Positions 1 to 7,623 of a stretch of 64,000 bases of DNA are shown here, one piece after another. The number at the start of each line of letters is the position of its first letter. Position 1 is the stretch's first letter. The notes beneath the pieces are model-generated. The model was not told where the DNA came from and did not search any database. It worked only from the letters and a program-made list of their open reading frames with translations. The DNA lies in contig CAVYNH010000006.1 of the NCBI GenBank assembly GCA_963769885.1, forward strand, positions 672,001 to 736,000, read 5' to 3'. Position numbers and translations under genes: made by a program. The DNA is from Methanobacteriota archaeon. GTDB lineage: Archaea > Thermoplasmatota > E2 > DHVEG-1.

Positions 1-429
1 GAAATTTGTTAGGGCATTTTGTGAGATGGTACAGTTGTGGCCGCTGACGACGATGCCATATCCGTTGTGACGTGCTAGGTCGCAGGTAAAACCAGAGATG
101 AGAACATGGTCCGCGGTGATGGTGACGATGTTCGCCTTCTGAGTAATACTCTTAAGTATTGTGCTGGTTCTATCTTGCCCTATAAGATTTATTGTCTTAT
201 TAATCGTCAGGATCTCGGTGTACGTTCCGGCATATACAAAGACGGTATCTCCGGCTGAAGCATTATCGATTGCTGCCTGGATTGAGGAATAGTTGTTTGG
301 TCCTACTCCGCCGACATATAATGTGATTCCTGTCATCACAAATCTATCTATCTCTGGAGATAGTGCTGATGTGTGGTAGATGCACGGTGTTAATAGAAGT
401 ATGATGGCTACCATTTGTAAGGTTTTCAT
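1..429 (-). CDS. Secreted parallel beta-helix (NosD/CASH-like) protein, 3' end runs off the window
   Basis: Manual translation from ATG at 429: signal peptide MKTLQMVAIILLL, then LYVGGVGPNNYSSIQAAIDNASAGDTVFVYAG, the N-terminal motif shared with four other paralogs in the window. Confidence 0.85.
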   Translation of the reverse strand, partial: MKTLQMVAIILLLTPCIYHTSALSPEIDRFVMTGITLYVGGVGPNNYSSIQAAIDNASAGDTVFVYAGTYTEILTINKTINLIGQDRTSTILKSITQKANIVTITADHVLISGFTCDLARHNGYGIVVSGHNCTISQNALTNF

Positions 430-576
430 GTGAATCCTTTTCCTGCCATGTGTTAACAATAAGCACTTAAAGTATCTTTCTATTGATTTTAAAAGTAAGA
501 ATATCTAGTTGCACTCAAAAAAGCCAAAAAACTAACCACTAATGAAGTACCTTCTAGGGTCAATCCTAGAAGAATT

Positions 577-861
577 CTATTCTACTCTCGAATAACCTTG
601 TTCGCGTTTCATGAGATTGATAACTTTAACTTCTTTATTTTCGATAAGATAAATAATCCTGTATTCACCTACTCGAAGACGGTATTTCTTCGGATGTGTG
701 TCTACTAACATTTTGATATCACATCCTGCTCGAGCTGTACGAGGATCTTCTTTCAGTCCTAGTAGGCTTATTCTGACATTTTTTTGCAGCTGTTCTGGCA
801 GTTCATGGAATGCTTTTTGAAACGTTCGTGAAACCAGAACGACGTACGTCATCTGGTTCAC
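577..861 (-). CDS. relE: RelE/ParE-family type II toxin
   Basis: 94 aa with YRLRVGEYRIIY RelE signature; 4-bp overlap with the upstream antitoxin gene. Confidence 0.9.
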   Translation of the reverse strand: MNQMTYVVLVSRTFQKAFHELPEQLQKNVRISLLGLKEDPRTARAGCDIKMLVDTHPKKYRLRVGEYRIIYLIENKEVKVINLMKREQGYSRVE

Positions 862-1043
862 AACTCATCGAGCGAAATGAATTCGTCCTCGGCAAGAATC
901 TTGTTCCAGGAATCATCCAATTTTTTCCAGGCGAATCTCTTGATTAATTTCTTAATAATCGAATCGTAGGTTTCGCCTTTTGTCCCCAGGTCCTGCAAGG
1001 CTTTTTTTGTTTCGTTGGTGATTGCAATGGTTGTGTTTCCCAT
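858..1043 (-). CDS. Antitoxin, RHH-like N-terminus and acidic C-terminal tail
   Basis: TTIAITNETKKALQDLGTKGETYDSIIKKLI (archaeal RHH-like antitoxin pattern), ends DEFISLDEL; coupled to relE. Confidence 0.85.
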   Translation of the reverse strand: MGNTTIAITNETKKALQDLGTKGETYDSIIKKLIKRFAWKKLDDSWNKILAEDEFISLDEL

Positions 1044-1121
1044 ACAGACACCTTTTCTTTATAGTAATTATAATCATTATGTCTATTTATAATTTACCCT
1101 TTAAAATCTTCATAATAGCTA

Positions 1122-1319
1122 ATAACTACAGGGTACCCTACACGGTCAAAGCTAGGTGAATTTATTTTAAAGATCTTCAAAGATAATGATGGAGCCTATC
1201 GGATCTATATTGGTATACCTATCGCCAAGGCTGCTCATTTTGAAAATAAAGAAAAGGTGAGATTTGATTATTACCCTGGGAAAAAAAGGTTAGTAATAAG
1301 GAAAATAACAGAATTATAA
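1122..1319 (+). CDS. Possible AbrB/MazE-like small DNA-binding protein (non-canonical ATA start or remnant)
   Basis: Open frame not in the ORF track: ITTGYPTRSKLGEFILKIFKDNDGAYRIYIGIPIAKAAHFENKEKVRFDYYPGKKRLVIRKITEL; residue pattern resembles a swapped-hairpin AbrB domain. Confidence 0.45.
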   Translation: MTTGYPTRSKLGEFILKIFKDNDGAYRIYIGIPIAKAAHFENKEKVRFDYYPGKKRLVIRKITEL

Positions 1320-1351
1320 GAAGAAAAGACTACTTTTATTCTACTCTCTAC

Positions 1352-1365
1352 AAAAACATTTATAA
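1352..1365 (+). promoter_or_regulatory. BRE/TATA promoter of the HTH-HEPN operon (probably leaderless)
   Basis: A-rich BRE-like run then TTTATAA about 24 bp upstream of ATG 1389. Confidence 0.55.
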
Positions 1366-1388
1366 TATATTTTGATATACTTTATTGC

Positions 1389-1691
1389 ATGAGCGATGAT
1401 GAATTTAAAGAAATCATCATTTCAAAATTAGATCGAATTGCTAATTTGTTGGAGATGAATGAAAAAAGAGAAATAGAAAATTTAAAAGTCCGATTGCTTG
1501 GACGGTCTAAAATTAAAAAAGAAATTTATGATCTTATAAACGGAGAAAGAACAGTACAAGAAATAGCCAATCTATTGAAAATTGCTCAACCAAATATAAG
1601 TAAAGCAATTGCTGACCTTGTGGATGGAAATCTTATCGGAAAAAAGACCAAAGGGAAATTTGTTATTTATTACAAAAAGTATGAAGGTTGA
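1389..1691 (+). CDS. Winged-HTH protein (ArsR/MarR-like), paralog A1
   Basis: RTVQEIANLLKIAQPNISKAIADLVDGNLI HTH plus wing; N-terminal helix SKLDRIANLL. Confidence 0.85.
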   Translation: MSDDEFKEIIISKLDRIANLLEMNEKREIENLKVRLLGRSKIKKEIYDLINGERTVQEIANLLKIAQPNISKAIADLVDGNLIGKKTKGKFVIYYKKYEG

Positions 1692-1695
1692 AAAA

Positions 1696-1989
1696 ATGAA
1701 TGATTTAGTTCTTTCAGAGGAAAAGGCAGATACGATAATTGCATTATTGAAATTAATAGCTGGCCAAAATATCAAGGAAATTAAAGAAAAACGAGAACAT
1801 TTACTTAGCGTCCCTAAAAAGAACTCTATTTTAGACGCGTGTGATGGAACAAAGGAATTGAATCAAATAGCCAAAAAAATAGGTGTATCTTATGAATATG
1901 TCCGGTTGACGGTTGCAGAATTAGAGAATGCAGGTTTAATAATTTTTATCAGGAGTGGAAAAAAGAATCTACCAAAGAAGGTGATATGA
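1696..1989 (+). CDS. Winged-HTH protein, paralog A2
   Basis: Probable start ATG 1696 (or 1681); KELNQIAKKIGVSYEYVRLTVAELENAGLI; N-terminal helix EKADTIIALL. Confidence 0.85.
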   Translation: MNDLVLSEEKADTIIALLKLIAGQNIKEIKEKREHLLSVPKKNSILDACDGTKELNQIAKKIGVSYEYVRLTVAELENAGLIIFIRSGKKNLPKKVI

Positions 1990-2204
1990 TTTCAGAAAAA
2001 GAAGATCCGATACTATTGGAATTAAGAAAAATAACAAACAGACTTGATGTTCTAATCGCATTCAACGCTATGCAAACAAATAGACCTGATTCAGACAAGA
2101 TAAAACTATTAAAAAAATTTGGACTTGGCTATGATGAGATACAAAATACATTATCCGTCTCACCCTCAACAATATCCAAAGTTCAAAAGGGGAAAGTGAA
2201 ATGA
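1986..2204 (+). CDS. Small HTH protein, paralog B1
   Basis: GLGYDEIQNTLSVSPSTISKV HTH; N-terminal NRLDVLIAF; ATGA overlaps on both sides. Confidence 0.8.
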   Translation: MISEKEDPILLELRKITNRLDVLIAFNAMQTNRPDSDKIKLLKKFGLGYDEIQNTLSVSPSTISKVQKGKVK

Positions 2205-2482
2205 ACGATAACAAGAATGAGCCAGCCGAGGAAAACGAAATATTAAGCAGACTAGATGTAATCATTTATCTATTATTAAAAGAGCAAAAACAATTGCCTA
2301 CTTCCAAGAAAAATATGGAAGAGCTTGTTAAAATGCTGAAGGGATTGGGAATTGAAGATTATAAATCTATTGCAAAAATTATCAATGCAAATCCTGGATC
2401 TGTGGCAAATATCCTTACCCGATTAAAAGGAAGTAAGAAAGTGAATAAAAATGTCCGAGAGAATAGATTCAAGAATCCTTGA
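2201..2482 (+). CDS. Small HTH protein, paralog B2
   Basis: DYKSIAKIINANPGSVANILTRLK HTH; N-terminal SRLDVIIYLL. Confidence 0.8.
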   Translation: MNDNKNEPAEENEILSRLDVIIYLLLKEQKQLPTSKKNMEELVKMLKGLGIEDYKSIAKIINANPGSVANILTRLKGSKKVNKNVRENRFKNP

Positions 2483-3200
2483 AAGAATAAAAGCTTGCCC
2501 TAAGATAAAAATATCTATTGCGGCCGTAAAAAATGAAATTTCTGAGATTAGAAGAGATAATCCGGGAGTTAGTTTAAATGCCGCAGCATGCGAATTTGCA
2601 AAAAGAAGAGGAGTCAATTTGATGAGGTATTTAGGAGATACAGATAGAACCACCTTATCATACATACGAGAAAGCCCCCAGCATACAATTGCGAAGGAAG
2701 AAAATAAAATAAGATCTATAAAAGTAAAACAGAATATTCCTACGGATGTTCCATACTTAACATCTGCCGATATATCAAATGCAGAAAAAATGTCTGTAAC
2801 TTATATTATTCTATATTGTTTTGAAAACTCCGTGAGAAGATTCATTATCGAACAATTGGAAAAAGCATATGGACCCAATTGGTGGGAAGATAAAATACAG
2901 GATAAAATAAAAAAAGAAGCTGATATTAATAGGAACCAAGAAAAAGACAAGAGATGGCATGCAACTCGAGGAGCTCATCCAATATATTATTTGACAATGA
3001 ACAGTTTAAGAAAAATAATTACTGATCAATGGCCTTTGCTGAAAAAAGTAATTAGAGAAGATCAAACATGGATCACAAGCAGATTGAATGAAATTACAGA
3101 TTCTAGAAACATAATAGCCCATCATAATCCCTTACCAAAAAGGGAAGTTGAAAGAATAATTCTCTATTTTGATGATTGGAAAAAACAAATGAAAATATAG
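2451..3200 (+). CDS. Swt1-like HEPN domain protein (predicted RNase)
   Basis: YIILYCFENSVRRFI...YGPNWW...SRNIIAHHN, with the Rx4H catalytic motif; extra helical N-terminal domain. Confidence 0.85.
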   Translation: MSERIDSRILERIKACPKIKISIAAVKNEISEIRRDNPGVSLNAAACEFAKRRGVNLMRYLGDTDRTTLSYIRESPQHTIAKEENKIRSIKVKQNIPTDVPYLTSADISNAEKMSVTYIILYCFENSVRRFIIEQLEKAYGPNWWEDKIQDKIKKEADINRNQEKDKRWHATRGAHPIYYLTMNSLRKIITDQWPLLKKVIREDQTWITSRLNEITDSRNIIAHHNPLPKREVERIILYFDDWKKQMKI

Positions 3201-3205
3201 AATTT

Positions 3206-4048
3206 TTAGATGTCTATAGTATCCGTCATTATTTCGTATTTACAATTCGTGCAACCAACCCGAATATGAACAGTATCAGGAGGCTCCTCATAGCCACCAC
3301 CTGAATAACGCTGTGTTTCCTTTATATGGCCACCACACGCTGGGCAAATTGAATCTTTTAATAAGGCATCTTCCCAAGCATTTATTTTTGAAATGACTTC
3401 TATAAATTTTGTTAATTTTTCTAAATCAGAATGATCTAAATCAGTTATTCTATGAATTTCTTTTATTCTCTTTTCAATAATTTTTTTTAAGGAGGGAATT
3501 TCAGAATAAATATCATCTTTCACTATTGGTGCATAGACATATTTTGCCACGTAGGGTGTTTCAAGTCCATAATTTGAGAGTATAATCTCCGATTGACTTA
3601 GGTAAAAATCAGTGATTCTCTTAAAATAATCAATGAAGTTAAAACCTTTAGAGCTCCTATAATATCTTACACCTGCCTTTAGAATCCACTCTTTGAATAA
3701 AGGAGCCTGCTGCCGGATATCCACTAGATCCTGTCCATCTGGAGAGAAGAAATCATCATGTTCTATTTTCTCTCGAATGCAATTAATCTTATTTATCAGT
3801 TGATTCCATTTTTCAATTTGATCAATGGTAGATAGTGGTCTATTAATTTGATTCCATCGTGTCTTTAAATGGGCTATTTTTAATGATTCAATATCATACC
3901 CCACGTGATTTGTGCCGACGACCAAAAGAAGCTTCATAAAATAATCCCATAGAAATTTGGCTGAAGCACGCCGCTCATCTGCACTTTCCTTTGGTGTTTT
4001 ATCATAAGATTCTAAGATGCTTCTTAAATATTCTTCTAGGTCAACCAT
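3206..4048 (-). CDS. HEPN-like protein with C-terminal Zn ribbon
   Basis: REKIEH (Rx4H) in a helical N-domain; CPAC...CTNC at the C-terminus; ATG start at 4048. Confidence 0.6.
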   Translation of the reverse strand: MVDLEEYLRSILESYDKTPKESADERRASAKFLWDYFMKLLLVVGTNHVGYDIESLKIAHLKTRWNQINRPLSTIDQIEKWNQLINKINCIREKIEHDDFFSPDGQDLVDIRQQAPLFKEWILKAGVRYYRSSKGFNFIDYFKRITDFYLSQSEIILSNYGLETPYVAKYVYAPIVKDDIYSEIPSLKKIIEKRIKEIHRITDLDHSDLEKLTKFIEVISKINAWEDALLKDSICPACGGHIKETQRYSGGGYEEPPDTVHIRVGCTNCKYEIMTDTIDI

Positions 4049-4067
4049 TAGTATTATCAATACTAAT
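4047..4067. promoter_or_regulatory. Perfect 9-bp inverted repeat overlapping the start of the HEPN/Zn gene (candidate operator)
   Basis: ATTAGTATT-ATC-AATACTAAT. Confidence 0.5.
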
Positions 4068-4276
4068 AGCCTATTTTAAGCTGAGTTTCATAGAGACCGT
4101 CAACCAGGCTAATTTTATTGGGTCAGCTTGATGTACGTCCAGATAAGAGTTGAGCAATTACGGCCTGAACCAAATCCATGTTATAAAATAAATTAGTATT
4201 ATTTTGCTTAAATACTTTATACTTTAAAGAAATTTTAGAATATACAAAGCCCCCTCAAGTTCAGGAAAATCGTTAC

Positions 4277-4410
4277 AGGAGAAGTTGAATACGGCGTTGT
4301 CTCAAACCTCAAAGGCTCCTCCTGAAGCCCTTTCATGACAAGGAAAATGGTCTAAGGAGAGGTCGAATACTTTTGAGACAAAGCCATTGAATACTTTCGA
4401 TGACCTCCTC
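4277..4410. repeat. Direct and inverted repeat cluster upstream of the recombinase
   Basis: AGGAGAAGTTGAATAC (4277) / AGGAGAGGTCGAATAC (4355) direct repeat; TTGTCTCAAA (4297) / TTTGAGACAA (4372) inverted repeat. Confidence 0.55.
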
Positions 4411-4523
4411 CAGGAGTATATAAGGAGAGAAATCATTCATTTACTCCAAGAAAAAATAGGTCAAAATGACCCCCAGATGGTTTGAGCATCCAGGGGTCTG
4501 AGACCATAATAGAGGTGTCTATT

Positions 4524-5504
4524 ATGATCCCGAACGGGAACAATACCAATAGTGGTAATAAGATTTTGGTGCAGGCCAGTCTCGAGCAGATAGTAATCGA
4601 AAAGCCATTGATCACACTACAACCTAAACCGGTCATGCCTTCTATCGTGCCGACTCCTTCTCCGAAGAATGAAACTGACAACGACAAACTCTTGGACAAG
4701 TTCAACCGCTATATGCGTGAGAACAACTACAGCAAGAGCACCATCTACATGTATACGAAGGTCGTCGGCCAGATGCTTGCCATGAAAGATTCGTTCTCCA
4801 TGACGGAGGATGATCTCAGCGACGTTCGGCTCTATCTTGTTGAACGCTATGCCCAGAATGGGAACCGGGCGAGGTTCGCTGCTATCAATGCTTTCTGCAA
4901 GCATATCCTCAAACGAAAAGACCTACATCTCAAGATCCCCAGTCCCGTCATCAAGAACAAAGACGTGTTCACCAACGAGCAGATTGACGCTATCCTTGCC
5001 ATTGCGAAAACGAAGAATAAACTCGCTTATGCCGTCCTTCAGACTTTGTACCATTGCGGACTACGTAAGATGGAGTTGTGCAATCTGAATCTTGCTGACC
5101 TTAATTTCGACACCATGGAATTGAAACTGAACAACACCAAGACAGGCAACGCGATTGTCTCCATGACCACCGCCGTTGCCAAGTCTCTGCAGGACTATAT
5201 TCAAAATGAACGACCTAAGAAAGAAGATGAACAAGCGGTATTCCTCAGTAAGAAAGGTGTGCGAATCGGTGAATGGACTGTCCGAGGATACCTCAAGGAA
5301 TGTGGGAAAGAAGCCGGGATTAAATCCCGGATGTATCCACACATGCTACGAGCATCATGCATTACACATCTTTTAAACAAAGGAGTGAATCCACTAACCG
5401 TTCAGCTCCATGCAAGGCATAGGAACTTCATGACAACCATGAGATATAATCGGCCAACTCAGCAGCAGATGAAAACGGATATCGAACGAATTTTCTCGAA
5501 GTAA
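4524..5504 (+). CDS. Tyrosine recombinase/integrase (Xer-like)
   Basis: Catalytic residues GLRKMEL, TKTG, HMLR, ARHR, TMRY; SAM-like N-domain; GAGGTG RBS before ATG 4524; no IntI-type insertion visible. Confidence 0.92.
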   Translation: MIPNGNNTNSGNKILVQASLEQIVIEKPLITLQPKPVMPSIVPTPSPKNETDNDKLLDKFNRYMRENNYSKSTIYMYTKVVGQMLAMKDSFSMTEDDLSDVRLYLVERYAQNGNRARFAAINAFCKHILKRKDLHLKIPSPVIKNKDVFTNEQIDAILAIAKTKNKLAYAVLQTLYHCGLRKMELCNLNLADLNFDTMELKLNNTKTGNAIVSMTTAVAKSLQDYIQNERPKKEDEQAVFLSKKGVRIGEWTVRGYLKECGKEAGIKSRMYPHMLRASCITHLLNKGVNPLTVQLHARHRNFMTTMRYNRPTQQQMKTDIERIFSK

Positions 5505-5568
5505 TGTGATGATTTTCAAGTTGGGAGTATATTTTTAAATAACGATCAGTTGTATATTTTGGATACTT

Positions 5569-6459
5569 ATGCCAATATTTGACGATGTCGGCAAAGCGCT
5601 TAAAAGAACTAGCGATGTAATTAAAAAAACAACCGATGGGATAGCGAAAAATATTGCTGCAAGTCAAGAAAATGCAAGGAGAAAACGGGAGATTTTAAAT
5701 AGATTCGTTATGGATGATTTGAAAAAAATATGCAAGGAATATGGAATTGGCGAGCCAGATCCATACGAAGAATTTTTTGGAGAAAGAACAAAGAAGAAAA
5801 TAACACGAAACGATTACATAGATTATATTGAAGAGAGGCTAGATTTGAAACACATCGAAGACTTTTGTAATAACCATAGAATAAAGAGGCAAATTGAAGT
5901 TGAATCTGGAGTCGAGGCACAAAAAGACCATCCTTCTCGACCAGAGCCTCCAATAGTAAATGAATTACGGAATGAAGAAAACAAAATCCAAGAAAAGACT
6001 TCAATAGTGACGACAGCAAATCAGAAACCACAGGGAGAAACTCACGATATCCTTAATACAATAAAGGAACAGTTCAAACCAGAGCCCTGCATGAACGAAA
6101 AAGAACTACAGGGTCAGCTAATGATCTGGTTCAATATTATGTATCCCAATCGGGTCGTGCGAGAGGTCTCCACGATGGCTGGAAAAGTCGATTTTGCGAT
6201 TGATAAAAATAGACTTGGACTCGAGGTAAAAATAGCTTTTGACAAGGGGACCTTGAGAAACCTAGTAGGTCAAATTCTCGCTTATAAAAAATATTTCAAT
6301 GAAGTAGGTATAATTTTGATGGATGTCAATGATATGCCAAATTCGATAATTACTGAATACATTAATGAATATAGAAATCAAGGCGTCGAAACCATAGTAA
6401 TTCAAGGGCAAATTAGGAAAAAGAAAGGAAGACCCAGAGAAGTCCGTGTAAAATATTAA
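5569..6459 (+). CDS. PD-(D/E)XK restriction-endonuclease-fold protein
   Basis: C-terminal EV...VDF...LEVK...GQILAY pattern; helical N-terminal domain and low-complexity linker. Confidence 0.7.
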   Translation: MPIFDDVGKALKRTSDVIKKTTDGIAKNIAASQENARRKREILNRFVMDDLKKICKEYGIGEPDPYEEFFGERTKKKITRNDYIDYIEERLDLKHIEDFCNNHRIKRQIEVESGVEAQKDHPSRPEPPIVNELRNEENKIQEKTSIVTTANQKPQGETHDILNTIKEQFKPEPCMNEKELQGQLMIWFNIMYPNRVVREVSTMAGKVDFAIDKNRLGLEVKIAFDKGTLRNLVGQILAYKKYFNEVGIILMDVNDMPNSIITEYINEYRNQGVETIVIQGQIRKKKGRPREVRVKY

Positions 6460-6511
6460 ATATCATTCAGGTTTCTTCTATTAATCATAATCTCAATTGA
6501 GATATTTATCT

Positions 6512-6532
6512 TAGCAATACTACTACTTGGTA
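6512..6532 (+). repeat. Island motif copy
   Basis: TAGCAATACTACTACTTGGTA. Confidence 0.55.
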
Positions 6533-6612
6533 ACTTATTAAAATGATTGATTTACTTATTAGAATGGTTTATTAAAAGATAAAAGATGTATTTGAGCTGG
6601 AGTTGTAAGACT

Positions 6613-7497
6613 ATGAAGAAAGCGGCATTTTTCTTACCTGTCTTTGTTATTTTATCTATCATCTTGTTAACTGGATGTACTGAAACAACTGGGCCTCTCT
6701 TAATGTCGATTACCAAATTCACAGCTGAACCTAATATTATAGCACAAGGCCAAACAGCTAACCTTAGTTGGCAAACATTCGGTGCTGTACAAGTAACGAT
6801 TGACCATGGCATCGGGAATGTGAGCATTTATGGATCAAGAATCATTGCTCCAACTAATACTACAACATACACTTTAACAGCATCAAATATTACTCATACA
6901 TTAACAGCCACAGTTCAAATAATCGTTCATTCAAATGAACAGACCGGAATATTAGTAAATTCATTCACAGTTAATCCGCGTATCGTACATCAAGGTCAGA
7001 CTGCAAACCTCACATGGAACATCACTGGAGCTAGTGTCGTCCAAATTGATCATGGTATCGGCAACATTAGCCTCTCTGGTACAAGAATTATTATGCCTTT
7101 AGAAACAACTACGTATACTATTACCTGCTCAAATGCAGTGAACACAGTAACGGCTACAACTCAAATTCTCGTCGAAGAAACAGAATCACCTCCTCCTGCC
7201 ACTACGCCATCAATTGCGTGCACTTTAGATAGTAGCAACAATAAAATTACTATAGCTAGCGCTGACCCCAACATTCAATGGAGCAATCTAAGGATTACAA
7301 ATAGTAGTACTCCCGCCTGTCATTGGGCAATATATGCAAATGGCGGGGTAACTAACCAATCTACAAATGTCCTTCCCTCCGGGGAGGTTATCGCTGGAGA
7401 TTATTTGAAAATCTGGGGCGTAACTGGAAATGTGCAGTTTACATGGGCTTACGTGCCAACGAATTCGTTAATTGGAGTTTGGACGATAAACGTATAA
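6613..7497 (+). CDS. Surface lipoprotein with two Ig-like repeats and a possible pilin-like C-terminal domain
   Basis: Lipobox LLTGC; duplicated FT.P.I.QGQTANL.W...V.IDHGIGN.S..G.RII.P..TTTYT repeat; C-terminal TPSIAC...SADPNIQWS...AGDYL...TNSLIGVWT. Confidence 0.75.
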   Translation: MKKAAFFLPVFVILSIILLTGCTETTGPLLMSITKFTAEPNIIAQGQTANLSWQTFGAVQVTIDHGIGNVSIYGSRIIAPTNTTTYTLTASNITHTLTATVQIIVHSNEQTGILVNSFTVNPRIVHQGQTANLTWNITGASVVQIDHGIGNISLSGTRIIMPLETTTYTITCSNAVNTVTATTQILVEETESPPPATTPSIACTLDSSNNKITIASADPNIQWSNLRITNSSTPACHWAIYANGGVTNQSTNVLPSGEVIAGDYLKIWGVTGNVQFTWAYVPTNSLIGVWTINV

Positions 7498-7510
7498 CCT
7501 AAAAATCTCC

Positions 7511-7597
7511 TAGCAATTCCAATATAAAAACCGTTTGGATAGCAATCATTATAAGAATATAACTCTTTTAGCAATTAATTATACATTAAAAAAGTAA
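7511..7597 (+). repeat. Island motif copy followed by two more TAGCAAT cores at exact 29-bp spacing
   Basis: TAGCAAT at 7511, 7540, 7569; the first is CTAGCAATTCCAATA, identical to 9029. Confidence 0.6.
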
Positions 7598-7623
7598 AGA
7601 AAATTAAATTAAATGGAAACCGT

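Noticed and set aside
4084-4490. Small ORFs upstream of the recombinase
   Set aside because: Only short or start-less frames with no recognisable motif.
7511-7597. CRISPR array
   Set aside because: Only 7 bp are conserved per 29-bp unit, there is no repeat-spacer structure, and no cas genes lie in the window.
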